DNA of 64,000 nucleotides from Octopus vulgaris (lineage: Eukaryota), in NCBI GenBank assembly GCA_951406725.2, contig OX597815.1, forward strand, positions 129,952,001 through 130,016,000. The letters are read 5' to 3'. Positions 40,231 to 53,480 of the stretch are shown here, one piece after another. How positions within the stretch are numbered: the stretch's first letter is position 1; each line of letters opens with the position of its first letter. Under the pieces are notes generated by a model, which was not told the DNA's origin, ran no database searches, and saw only the letters and a list, made by a program, of their open reading frames with translations. The position numbers were made by a program, and so were the translations under genes.

Positions 40231-41446
40231 AAACGAAATAAGAATTGTTCCTTTGGTGTTGTTGTTGAGCTTTCACTTCGCTCCTGCAAAAATTCAGCTC
40301 AGTTCTGAAAGATGTTAAAGCAATCGAAATTAACGTGGTAGCCCTGAGGCCGTAACAAAGAGACCTCGACGTGGTCTCATATCCTGCTTGAAGTAGTGGA
40401 TTAATCTCCCTCCAAATCCCACCCTACAGTATTTCATAGTATGATTTTAGATAAAACGTATCTGAATTGAAGAGATGGTCACAGTTGGAACGCCTTTGTA
40501 GAAACCATTTTCTCGAATAGGGCTGTCCTTGGATTAAACAATAACAACAGCAACAAATTGTTTGTCCACAGAGATTCGTATTGAAAATGATACTCTTCGT
40601 ATCTTTATTTTCCATCGATTAGCTCCCAGCATCACCAGCGAGAAAACGGAATTGAACCCCGGTTTGGTGTTACTTGTGTCTATTCCTACAACAACACGTC
40701 TTGTAGTAGCCATCTTGGGCATTTACTAAAATACGCTTTGAGGTCGAGCAGCGTAGGCCAAAGATATGTAGATGTATGAAGCTGCTACGCCGTGTCTTCT
40801 ACGCTTAGGAAACCTGGTATGAAGACTGGAATTCTTAAAGTTTTGGTCTGCTTCTTACTATTTCTTCTTTGCGTTGGTGACAACAGAAATCAGACTGGTT
40901 GGTGCCGCTATTATTGATATTGTTGCTATTGAATATCTAAAAATAATTTCTTCGTTAACAACTCATCAGCGACAAATCATTTCACGAATTTATGCTAACT
41001 TTGTCGACAAATACAACAAAATAGCAGGCGAGAATAACACATATCTGCATTTTTTCACTGAATAAATAACGTCTCTGTTTGATTTACAATTGAATTTCCT
41101 TAGTCCGTAATTGAAAGAAAACATATTGAGATTGATATCTAAATGAAAAATTGCTACGCTGGATACGAGAAGTTTTAGTAAGATTTCCTAAGAAATGGGA
41201 CAGAAAAAATGGCTGCGTTTTGATTTATATAGAATTCCTATGCGTAAACGCATACTTAAACTTACCTCTTACAAATATATACATAAATATTTATACATAG
41301 CTGCATCCACATAGGCGAACCAGACTGACTATAACGAGATTACTAAAAGGTTTATGTAAACTCAAGAGGAAAAAGCTTTTGGATACAGATATGACTGTAT
41401 GTGTACCATCACTGAGTGCTTCCCATTCCTCTACTTATTTGCACAG

Positions 41447-41640
41447 TGGCTGGATTTATGAGTTTAGAAAGATATAACCCAGTTGATTGGTTTACTGAAG
41501 ACAAATCTCTAACAACCTGTGTTGTGGTGGTGAAGGGGTACAAAACCCACTTAGACATCGATACAAGGAGGTTTATTGGTCAGGTAGATAATAGTTGCGT
41601 TACAGTTCAGGCAAAGAATGCGGCCTACATGGAGAAACTT
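41447..41640 (+). pseudogene. Possible pogo/Tigger DDE_1 transposase remnant
   Basis: AGFMSLERY..DWF...VVVVKGYKTHLDIDT resembles the SGWM..E.F..WF...LL..DGH.SH pattern. Weak. Confidence 0.3.
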
Positions 41641-42474
41641 ACCCACCGATACAAACTTCACAGTTTTACTCAGTGTCGCATTCATCCAAGAGTATAATCC
41701 AAATCATCACTTTCTAAACATAAATAGCACAAAGAACCCTCAAGGTAGCTATAACTTTAAGACTTCACTATAAACGTCTCAGAAACCTGTTTCTTTTTTT
41801 AATATAAGAATATTGTAGAAAAATTCACACAGCTGAAATACTCTTGGCACAAACAGAAACCTGTCTCTAAATAAAAATACATACATAAATAAAAATACAT
41901 ACATACATAAAAATAAATACATACATATATATGCATGTATATCCTACTGGAGAATTTTTTCGCAGAGAACTGTTGACAAAAAAAGCCCCGCATTACTTTA
42001 GTGTTTGTAAATATTGCTTTAAATATTATTTTTCTTCATGGTAGTGGTAATAACGATGATGAGGAAGAGAGGAGGGGATGAGAATAATCTTGATCAACGC
42101 TGCCGTCAACACCACCTCTGCACCCCTCACCGCTATTATCATGATGGTTTTTTCTTTGTTAGTTCGCCTGTTGTTTCCCATATGTTGCTTTGTCCAGTGT
42201 TGTGTTTCTAGTTTGTTTGCTGTGTTTGAAGAGGAGTGAATATGTGTGATCGTTTGTATGTTGTTTATTGGTCAGTGTTTACTATTCGTGTGAATAGACA
42301 AATATTTGTCGTATGAAGGCTGCACAGTCACTGTGTCTGTGTATCGTTATAGTTTTGCTAGTATGTTGGTGCATTCGTTGATGTGTATGCAATGTGGTTT
42401 GGTTGGCAGTGAGTGACTGCAGCGTCTTGATGTCTGTCTCGGCGTTAAGTTTGTGTGAATAATTATATAGCAAA

Positions 42475-42660
42475 GTGGTGAGCTGGCAGGATCGTTGGCA
42501 CGTCGGACGAAATGCTTATTCTGGCTTTTCATGTTCTGGATTCAAATCCCAGCGAGATCGACTTTGCCTTTTATCCCTTCGGGGTTACTGAAATAAAATA
42601 CAGACCAAGTGTTGAGGGTCAGTGATATCAATTTATCCCCTCCCCTAAAAAATTGCTGCC
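42475..42660 (+). mobile_element. SINE family B
   Basis: GGTGAGCTGGCAGGATCGTTGGCACG...TCGACTTTGCCTTT. Confidence 0.75.
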
Positions 42661-43329
42661 TAAAAACCCTGCAACAGACTGGCAATATTATGATTTCGGG
42701 AAGAATTTCATGTTTCCGGTTACTTATATCCGACGGGAACCGTGTAACCGGCTTTATGAAACCTAAGGGTCGAGAGAAAAACATAGAGTGGGTGGTAGTG
42801 GGTGACTACAATGTCAGGGTACCTGTTTTGGCGTTAAGCTTTGCGTGCACAATATAGAGCATGCCCTATCGAGTGCCTGGGTCAGGATGTCTGGCCTTTC
42901 CCATTAAAAAAAAAGCATTGCTATAAAAGTCACATCCAAAATGAGGAGTAGGACACAGAGAGCAAACGACTGTATTTCAAAAAAAGATTTTCAGGCGGTT
43001 TTTGAGGACTACTGACAACTTAACATTGCCTTTCTTGTGATATGACCACCACCATTACCATCGCCAATAGTTCCTTCTCTCCTCATCCTCATTATCATAG
43101 CCAATATCACTATGAGAATCCTATTATCTGCCACTCTCATTATGACCGTCTTCATATGCATTTTTTTTGTATCCCATTCACAGGAGATAAGGCATTGCCC
43201 ACGACCCTTCATAGGAACCTTCAGAAATAAGGGTTGGAGGAAATAAGGGTTGGAGGAAGGTATCCTCAAACTGTAGCTCTGATTCCGAAAGCTTGCAAAC
43301 GAAATGGACTTCGCTAAAAGTCATCCAAG

Positions 43330-44264
43330 ATGACAGGTAGTAGTATCAAACCAGGTGACAGATTGTTGTTGCTGCTGCTGATGTTGTTATTGTTGTTGTT
43401 GATGACGATGTCAATGATGACCAGGACGACGATGACGATGATGATGATGATGATGACGACGATGATGTTGACAACGATGATGACGATGATCAAGACGAAG
43501 ATAATTCCTATGATGAATTTGTTGATGACGATGATTATGATAATGACGGTGACGTTGATGATGACAGTGAAGAAGATGAGGATGATTATTATCAAAATGC
43601 CGGGAAGTCAGCGGTTTCTATCGTAACAGCTGTTACTCATTCTATTTATGGACAAGGTAATTTAATTACCAGCGGCTGAGTTCACCTCCGCATCAGATTG
43701 GTATCTCATGGCTGTGTCTTTTATCGGCTTCACACTACAGCAAACACTGATATCGAAATAATGTCTTACCTTTCTAATATTACAATCATCATAATAATGG
43801 AGATAGTGATGATGATGGTCCTTATCGCCATCGTCGTCGTCGTTATCGTTGTCGCCGTCATCACTACCGTTGTCGTCATCATTATCGTCGTTGACGTCAC
43901 CGCCGTCTTTATCATTATATCGTCGACATGGTCATCGTCATTAACCTGTTAACCATCATCATAATTATCGTCGTAGTCCCCGTCATCATCGTTGCTATCA
44001 TGTTCATGATCATGATGATGATGATGATCATCATCATCATCGTCGTCGTCGCTACCATCGTCATCATCGTCGCTATCATCGTCATCATCGTCGCTATCAT
44101 CGTCACCATTACCAACATCATGGTCAGGTTAATCATCATCGTCGTAGTCATCGTCACCACCATCATTAATGGCTTCATCATTATCGTTGGCATTGTCGCT
44201 ATCCTCCTCCTCCTCCTCATCGTAATCATCATCATCATCGTCATCATCATCGTCATCGTCGTCG

Positions 44265-44316
<52 letters not shown>

Positions 44317-45300
44317 CATCAACCCTCTTATTATGCACATTAACAGGTTAACGAATAAGCCTTTATATAGTTGCTCAACATGTAAAAAATAAAAATGTCA
44401 GCCAAAGCCTACTTCATATAAGATATTCTCCTTAAAAATAGGAAGAGTAAATTCAATAACGAAATCCTAACTGTACTCTCCCCGGGAAGACAAAACAAAA
44501 CAAAAACAAACCGGATGATCACGGCTGGAATATTTTCGACCTTAAGGTTGATGGATCAGGGCTGATTTGGGGCTGTAAGCAGCAACAGCAACATCAACAT
44601 TAAACATGGCCGCATCTACAGCTTCTGCGGCTGCTTCTACCGCTACTATTTGTGTCATTTCGCTTTCTAACTACAACTATTTATATACGCAACTCCACCT
44701 ACTGGCTTTCAAACACTGACATCTCCTGTCATCATGTCCACCTTCACCATCAGCGCAAACCACCCACACAAGTATCTCCACCACCACCACCACCACCACC
44801 ACCACCACCACCATATCTGTCGCTAATTGGCTACCATTGTTGCTTCCACTCTCACTACCTCCATCACCTCCTCCACTATTGCTACCGCTGTTACCGTTAA
44901 TTCTACTACTATTACCGCCGCTGCCACCACTACGACTACCACCACCATTGCCACCACTACCACCACCGTTACTACCATCACTACTACCACCACTACCGCC
45001 ACTACTGCTACCACAGTTACAATCACCACCATTACTATCATCAAAACACCACTACCACCCTCACCACCAGCACTACCGCCACCATCTCAACCATCACCAC
45101 TACTATCACTATCACCTCCAGCATGACCACCGTCGCCATCACCGCTATCATATCAACATTAGCATCACCATAACCGTCTGCTATTATAGGCACCTTCAGT
45201 TTCAGATTCGTTTTTTTTTTTTTATTATTTCGTTGCATATAAGCACCGACATTGTTGATGCTGATGACGATGTAAATGATGGCAATGGTGATGGTCCAAT
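43330..45300. repeat. Degenerate trinucleotide low-complexity blocks: (GAT)n 43360-43590, (CAT/CGT)n 43780-44312, (CAC/CTA)n 44730-45170
   Basis: Directly visible. Generates spurious poly-M/I/D/T/P ORFs in all frames. Confidence 0.9.
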
Positions 45301-45715
45301 AACTAATTGTATTTCGTTAAATGACAAACTACTTTCACATCTTCCCATGAGAAGTTGATATCCTGACCAGAAATAATACAAAAACAAAACCACCCCCAAA
45401 ACAAAAGAAATGTCTATTATTCTATTTATTTTACAAATATCTAATTGCTTTCACCAAAATAACCACCTAGTTTATTTTTTGTTACATTATCAGCATTCAA
45501 ATCGACTGTAAGAAGATGAAAGATCAAGTTACGATAACATTGTGGATATAATGTTGTTTTATCACGAAGAGAAAGCCATTAAACTTGTTTTCTCGAATGT
45601 AGTCTTTGAAACGAGAAGCCAGTATGTGTGGCTCTCAGGAAATAAGCCATCGACTAGACTGTTTGGTAACAGATGGGACTTGACGTAGTACTAGATAGAT
45701 GGATACTCTCTCCCT

Positions 45716-45795
<80 letters not shown>

Positions 45796-45799
<4 letters not shown>

Positions 45800-45953
45800 T
45801 ATAGTATGTGACAATTATTCGGTTGTCATGATGAAACTCCGAGTTTCGAATGTCGGGGCGGAAATCTGCACCGGCATCTCTTCAGGTTTCCGCCGACATC
45901 CGAAACTTGGAGTTTTATCATGGCAACCGAATAATTGTCACACATTATACTTA
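45796..45953. repeat. Fold-back element with ~60-bp arms and hammerhead core fragment
   Basis: GTGACAATTATTCGGTTGTCATGATGAAACTCCGAGTTTCGAATGTCGG / CCGACATCCGAAACTTGGAGTTTTATCATGGCAACCGAATAATTGTCAC. Minus strand carries CTGAAGA GATGCCGG...CCGACATTC GAAA CTC G GAG T. Confidence 0.8.
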
Positions 45954-47534
45954 CAGATAAATTCCTCTATTTACATAATATCGAAGTCTCTTCCATTCTT
46001 TTGTTGTCTTATCATTACTATTAATATATATATATAAATGTATATTTGATGCTCTATGTTAGTCGTTGGAACATTTTTAAGTGACAATTTCGAAAAGGGA
46101 GAGTTTTTAGGCTAAGAAAATGACTAATAAGTAATCTGTAAGTGGAACAGTAAATATATGCAAGACTTTTCTAAAGTTCTACACTTAATGACTTTTGTCA
46201 AGGAATTTCTAGCGATGGAGCTTTGTTCCTTTGTTGTTTCTAGGTGGAGACACTCACACCGGCAATAACAATCGACAATGTTCCGACAATGTTCCGACAA
46301 TGTCCCGGCAATGTCCATTACTATTGTTATCAGATAAATTTAGACCTGCAGCAGATCTGGAATAGAGAAAGTGTCATTGATGAGGCCACATATGGCGACG
46401 AAAATACTTTGAGGAATCTAACTCTTTGAATGGCTCAAATGATTAATAATAAAAAGATAAATAGAACTGATGCCTGCATTTATAATTGACATAATGACTC
46501 ATCCGAGATACAACAAAAGTTGTTTCAGCACACGAGTTCACACCAAGAATCTTGCAACCCAAATCAGAATACTTTCGAAAAATTTAACACGGATATAACA
46601 ATAAAACCTCAATTATCCATCAACTTCTGAATGTAGTAATGATTGTAATAATTGAAACATTGAGTATTGTCCCTTAGATAGTGAGTGCATATGTAAATGC
46701 CGCGTGTATCAAGCCACTATGAAATAAACACAGTATTATTGCGACTTACATCGGATTACACCCGTGCAAGAGCAAACTACATCAACGCATAAGCTCTTTC
46801 AACCACTTTGCACAAAGAGATTATTTAATCTCTCTCAGATCACACCCGGAGGAAAATATAATTTTTACTCACTCTCGAAACTCCTACCGATGTTGAAGAG
46901 ACAGTGAATAGCATTTTACCCGTAGGCAATTATTATTGAACAATATAACCAATCCCACTTGTAGAATAATATTAACTTTTGATGTTCTGCTGTGAAAGTT
47001 TCCTTTTATTATTTTTTTTTTGCGAAAGTAAAAGTTTGCAAGAGGAAGGACTAACAAATACAAGAGTAATTGTCTTTGGCGTCAGACTGAATGAAATTTC
47101 ACTCTTCTACAACCATCAGAAATTTACATATACTGACAGTGGTTGATTGAGCTATCCAGTGTCAGTTTGCGTTTGAAAAACTCGTTGATTTATGATATCA
47201 TCTGTCGTTACATATTGAAATTTCTACATATCAAGTTTCCTTATATTCTCAGCTGTGTTTATAATTCGATAAAATTTTAATCCGTTGTGGTTTCAACACT
47301 TACCTTCATCCTTTACACGTTATTTGAAGCCCTCAACATAAACATTACGGTCAAAACAAACATAAATTTAGTTAGCGTCTGAGATGTCACTGTAAGCTTC
47401 GATAATTTACAGCTTCCTACTTACAGAAAATCCACTGAATTCGTTCATTTCACTTGCAAATTGTAAAATCTCTTGGTTTTCTTCGCATCTCATCTTCTGA
47501 ATATGCTTCCACAAATGCTACAAATACATGCTGA

Positions 47535-47735
47535 CCCAAAGTAGAAGCCTGACATTTTAGGGAGAGGGTGGGGTTACATCGACCCCCAGTATTTGACTGG
47601 TACTTGTTTTATCGACCCCGAAAGGATAAAAAGCAAAGTCAACCTCAGCGGAATTTGAACCCAAAACATCAAGACGAGCGAAATGCCACTAAGTATTTTG
47701 TCCGGCATGCTAACGATCCTGCCAACTCGCCGCCA
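47535..47735 (-). mobile_element. SINE family B
   Basis: CTGGTACTTGTTTTATCGACCCCGAAAGGAT...GCGGAATTTGAAC...CTGCCAACTCGCCGCC. Confidence 0.85.
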
Positions 47736-48938
47736 TGGTAAAGAAAACTATATTAAAAGCAAAAAATAGCAAACACAGAAAAAACTGCCATAATGTGAGA
47801 GGTGGTTTAATCCTATCTTCAGTCTGGACATCTTGAGCTAAATTCTTCCTAATCCTGTTACAAAAATAAAAATCATAAACATCATTAGATTATCAATAGA
47901 AGTTCTACAAAACTTCCTTATTCAACAATTCCTAATTTTGTACATTGTTTTTATCGGATATGAATTGTAATAAACCAGATTGTTCTTACTTAACCCTGCC
48001 TTCTCAATCCTACAGCTACTTTCGCCCTACAATATGCCATTTCATTTTATTTAACCAGTAATCTCACTCTCTTTTTCAAACTTCTTAATTTCTTTGCTCA
48101 TCTCTTCGCTATCAAATACGACAAATAAACGTTCTCCCTTATAAGCCGTCCACTCTTGCGCCAACTTAATTTTCCCCTTTTCTCATTTCGTTTCCCTCCA
48201 CTTCTTCATATTCTCTATTTACGCGTAAATTTTCGTGAGGTTCTTTCTTCCCATTGTTATAAATTAAGAGATGAAACTAAACAATTGTAATATTGGTGTT
48301 TTTCAATGTTTCTTGAAGTAGAATAATATTCTATTTCAAGTATTTTGTTTTTGCAACTCGTTTTTATTTCTTTATACCCACAAAAGTTGTTCGTATGTAT
48401 GTATGTATGTATGTATGTATGTATGTATGTATGTATGTATGTATGTATGTATGTATGTATGTGTGTATGTATGACTGAAATAATAATTCTTGATCATACT
48501 GTCACGCTTGACTGCAATAGCCACCTCTCTCCCTGTATATATATATATATATATATAACGCATTGAACACCATTCCTATTTTGTATAAATTATATATATT
48601 CAATACCCGATAATGCTAATTATAATAACCGTTAAATACCTGTACAATACCTGTACACACATGCACACACACACACACACATATGCATACACACTTATGC
48701 ACACGCAAACATGCTTAGAAAGAATACTTACTACCGTATTATAACATTCTTACACTATTTTATAATTAGTTAATTAATTGATTTGTTTGGTTTCAAGATT
48801 TACGTTTCAATAATTTTCGCCTCAGGATGACGATTACATTGATGATGATGATGATGATGATGAATATAGATGTATTAGATTTAGTAACAAAATATTACAA
48901 CTACCCCACCATTACAACAACAACAACAATAATAATTC

Positions 48939-49047
<109 letters not shown>

Positions 49048-49308
49048 ATTTGATGAGAAATGAAGAGATTGTAGAAGACAAAGGTGTCAATTGTCCCTGT
49101 GGAAATTTATGCACTTCAAACAACACTCCAACTGCTGCCTTCAAGTTTGAAGGGTATTCGAATTCAGACACGCATTGTCGACGAGCAGAAAAGAAAGATC
49201 TTTAAGATTTGAGGAGACTTGTCAACAAACCTCAAGATAACATCCTAGCTAATTCAATTAGCATGTAATATCTTTTGAGTAAATAATAATAGTAATATTA
49301 TTATTATT

Positions 49309-49520
49309 CAGTAGTTTTATTTTTATAGCCTGCTTTCACTACACTATCGAGTGCTGTTCTGTGTGCCTTGGGTATGTGCTGTGGTTTGCTGTGATGCTTT
49401 TATGGTTACTGTATTGAAAGTGTTTTGCGTAGAATGTGTGCAGTGCCCAGTAGTGCAATTTTCTGTATGTATTTGTAAGTCCTGGTAGCGAAGTGAAAAC
49501 TCGCTATAAAAATAAAACTA

Positions 49521-49523
<3 letters not shown>
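49309..49523 (-). mobile_element. 3' end of an RLE-type (R4/Dong-like) non-LTR element in TAA repeats, plus a short inverted copy of its terminus
   Basis: Minus 49468-49406 reads IQKIALLGTAHILRKTLSIQ*. The 3' UTR ends GCTATAAAAATAAAACTACTG(AAT)n, and the same terminus recurs on + at 49503-49523 followed by (AAT)n. Confidence 0.7.
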
Positions 49524-49572
<49 letters not shown>

Positions 49573-49625
49573 GTTGTTTCTAATTTTGGGACCAGCAATT
49601 TTGAATGGAGTGTTTGCTCAATAAC

Positions 49626-50024
49626 CTTTTCTACTCTAGGCACAAGGCCCGAAAAATTTTGGGGGAGGGACCAGTTGATTAGAACGACCCCAGTACGTAA
49701 CTGGCACTTAATTTATCGACCCCGAAAGGATGAAAGGCAAAGTCGACCTCGGCGGAATTTGAACTCAGAACGTAGCGACAGACGAAATACCTATTTCATT
49801 ACTACCCACAAGGGGCTAAACATAGAGGAGACAAACAAAGACAGACAAACAGATTAAGTCGATTACATCGATCCCAGTGCGTAACTGGTACTTATTTAAT
49901 CGACCCCGAAATGATGAAAGGCAAAGTCGACCTCGGCGGAATTTGAACTCAGAATGTAGCGGCAGACGAAATGCCGCAAAGCATTTCGCCCAGCGTGCTA
50001 ACGTTTCTGCCAGCTCGCCGCTTT
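49626..50024 (-). mobile_element. Dimeric SINE family B with 18-bp TSD, nested in an older family B copy
   Basis: Two tandem cores. TSD GAGTGTTT(G/A)CTCAATAAC at 49608-49625 and 50025-50042. Confidence 0.9.
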
Positions 50025-52194
50025 GAGTGTTTACTCAATAACGTCGGCGCTTGACTAGTACTTTATTTTATCGACCTCGGAAAGGATTAAAGACTAAGCT
50101 GACCTCAGTTGGACTTGGCAAAAAATAAAAAAATAAATAAATAAAAATAAAAATCAAGCAAGAAAAAATGTGAGACGTTTAGTCGATTAAATCTAACGCT
50201 ACTTGATGGATGTACTTTCAGCAATAAAGTAACACACAACTTTGAGTGTTATAATGTAAAAGACGTTAAACTTAATCCATACTGGAGCTGAACTAATGGT
50301 ATGCAGGTTTGATATATTGAATTTTAAATAAGTTCAGTAGAAATAGGTTGTCATGGATTTGTAAATAGATCTGCTACGTCGTACCTCACCGTGATTGGTC
50401 CAATAAATGACCAGAGCGAGAAGAGAAAATGCTTTATTACAGATAAAGTGGATACATGTGAGAGAAAGAAATAATCTGACAGTAAGGCATAGATGAAGTG
50501 ATTGTAGTTGTACGCAGATTGTTGTGATAGGTGTATAGAAGACTGAGTTAAAAAAAGAAGAACTTGCTGAACTGTTCATCAGAATAAGCCGGAACTTTCC
50601 TGGTAGCCTCGGTGTAGATCACTACTATCAGAGAGCGCTGAAATCATTGGGATGTCGAAAGCTGATGGGGAAAATGTCTAACACACACGCACGTACGCAC
50701 ATACGCACGCGCGCAAATATTGGGTTAATTGGGTTTTCAAATTTTGCCTTTTTCTAGGGTTCTAGGGTTCAATCAGTATTTGGATGAGCAATGAGAGTAC
50801 CACTTGAAGTCAGAGTTACTCCAATAGATATAAAACTTTGACTTTAATATAAGTATTGAGTTTTTTTTTCCTATAAACTTTAGTTGTAATTTATCTCACA
50901 TACACACACACACACATACACAACGCACACACTCACGCAACAGACCAATGTATGAAAAATGATCCAACATACATTGGATTCGGCGACCAGTTCATGGGTG
51001 GCAAATCTAAATTTTCTGAGTGGATTTCATTGCTCTTATGAAGCACAGGATAAATAAATTTATTCCAGTTTTATTACGCTGCCGAATCTTCTTGTAATTT
51101 TAGGCTTCATGTGCATTTCTAGATGTTCTATTTATCGGCTAACCAGGAATTACTCTCAAATGGAAAAATACAGATGCGCACGCTTATACAAGTATTCAAG
51201 CAGTTACCTTCATGTACATATAAACACACACTCTGTAATGTGGAAATTATATTACAGCAAGCTTTGTCTTTAAGTTTACTTTTGAGTATCCCATTGCATT
51301 TGATCATATTAAGGTACTTCTCGCCTCGCGAAAGTTTGTTTTCTATTCAAAGATACCTCTCATATGCAACCATTTAAATACTGCTGTTTCTGCTTTGGTC
51401 AACGCACTTTATTGATTTAGCAGAATTTCAGCTGTTCGGTATTGTTATAATCTTACTTTTCTTTGTAGAGTATGGTATTTAGGTATTATCAGATACGAAA
51501 CGTGCTTATACAATATTCTTCTTTTGACAATCAATACTTCACGGTCATTTCATTTTGAAGGGAATTGCTGTAGAAAAAATAATTATATCTACTGGAGCAC
51601 TGGATTTAGCAAAGATGGTACAGAATCTACTAGATATATATACTTTACAATACGTTTCTATGACTCATCTTTCCTTGTTCCAAACCCTGGACTTGCCACT
51701 GTCAAATTTACTGTATGTGTGTGTAGTTAATTGCTAAGCACAATTCATTATGTTATTATATTCCAAATGTTGCACAACCAGACTCGCTCGTTGTCACACG
51801 AACTATTGTAACTTTTAATGTTTTACGTTATACAATGGCGGACACATTAAACTGATATTTATTTTTCTTACTCTCGAATCATATAAAATCGCATATTTCT
51901 GCAGATATTGAATTATGTCTATCAAGGTGCCAATTTATTGTGTTTTCCTAAGTTTTCATTTATAATTAATATAAATCAATAATATTTGTTCAAGGAGGAT
52001 GGATAAATCAATTGGTACACAACAATAAGTGCAGTAAAATATCTAGTTTCGTCTTTTTTAACGTCCTGAGTTCAAACTGTAACAATACTACCTTTTAGTC
52101 TTCATCCTTCCGTTATCGATAAGCGTAGTTGGCAAGCAACAGATATTGAAACAGGTTGTACAGTAGAATCTCCTAATATAATAATGAACGTAGT

Positions 52195-52197
<3 letters not shown>

Positions 52198-52282
<85 letters not shown>

Positions 52283-52308
52283 ATATACATATATATATAT
52301 ATACATAC

Positions 52309-52397
<89 letters not shown>
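52198..52397. repeat. (TA)n/(TACA) microsatellite
   Basis: Directly visible. Confidence 0.95.
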
Positions 52398-52398
<1 letters not shown>

Positions 52399-52825
52399 TT
52401 GTCGAAAATCACGGAGTGTAGGAGTAGGACGGAGTAGGAGTAAGAGTAGTAAGAGTGGAGGGAGAGGAGAGAATATAGTAATTCAGTGAAGGAGAAGTAG
52501 TAAGAGTAATAGCCCTGACTGCGAGAGAGTGAGAGAAAGTAATAGCAATGGAGAAAGGAAGGGGTGATAGATGGATAAGGAAGGGATGAAAAAAATCAGC
52601 GTTTCAACTCTGTGTAAGTATATGTCTGTATGTGTGTACGTTTACAAGAGAAGTATGTGAATGTTTGTATGTGTGATTATTATGTACCTTATTTTATACC
52701 TTATTTATATATAAAATATTACAATTAGCCGTCATTTTTGACGGCACAGGGTCGGCTGGTATTTAATAAGAAGCATCAGTTTTGATTTTGTTTCTTCCTT
52801 GAGAATATATTATATTGGGTGCTCA

Positions 52826-53037
52826 GGGCGGCGAGCTGGCAGAATCGTTAGCACGCCGGGCAAAATGCTTTGCAGTATTTCATCCGTCTTCATGTTCTGA
52901 GTTCAATTTCCGCTGAGATTGACTTTGCCTTTCATTCTTTCGGGATCGATTAAATAAGTACCAGTTACATACTGGATCGATGTAATCGACTTAATCCCTT
53001 TTCCCGAATTTGAGGCCTTGTACTTCCAGTAGAAAGG
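52826..53037 (+). mobile_element. SINE family B monomer with GGCCTTGT...AGTAGAAAG tail
   Basis: GGCGGCGAGCTGGCAGAATCGTTAGCACGCCGGG...GTTCTGAGTTCAA...AAGTACCAG. Confidence 0.9.
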
Positions 53038-53229
53038 ATGAAATTGAGCGCTCCGTTTCAACCAACCGACTGGGTCTGTGGTGCTTTTAGCCAAACTCAT
53101 TCCGTTAAAAGTTAATATTCGAATAGGGACACCAGTCTGTTCCTCGCTTTCGCTCTTCCTGCTGCAGATGTCAAGACTCGATCAATCTGTTCAGGTCCCA
53201 TCCATCTCGCTAGTTTTCAACACAATGTC

Positions 53230-53480
53230 CAGTCCTTGTTGCGGTATGGAGGTTTGTGTGCCTCAATGATTCTGAGAGCTGTGCCAGCGTAGTGCAAGCT
53301 TCTTGTAAGGCCTCCCAGAGTGAACAGGTCAAAGGATAGAGAGAAGACTAACATGGAGCACCTCTTCCTAGAGGTAAAAATGATTTTGGGTAGGGCTAAC
53401 ACTCCTACCTAGAAAAAAGCAAAGTTACAGAAGTATTGATGACAATTCAAAACCGATAAGACCTGGGGAGGAAGATAGCC
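53230..53480 (+). mobile_element. Probable RTE-clade LINE 5' UTR remnant
   Basis: CCTTGTTGCGGTATGGAGGTTTGTGTGCCTCAATGATTCTGAGAGCTGTGCC...ACAGGTCAAAGGA...GGGCTAACAC resembles RTE/BovB-type 5' UTRs as I recall them; unverified. Confidence 0.45.

Noticed and set aside
40534-40722. Universal stress protein-like N-terminus (RRVVVGIDTS)
   Set aside because: Similarity is limited to ~10 residues, the rest does not fit, and the ORF runs into a repeat.
43314-45358. Poly-Met, poly-Ile, poly-Asp, Thr-rich (mucin-like) and Pro-rich ORFs
   Set aside because: Degenerate trinucleotide repeats open in several frames on both strands, with no domain or splice support.
46275-46315. Short ACAATGTTCCG tandem repeat
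   Set aside because: Three to four degenerate units, consistent with ordinary slippage.
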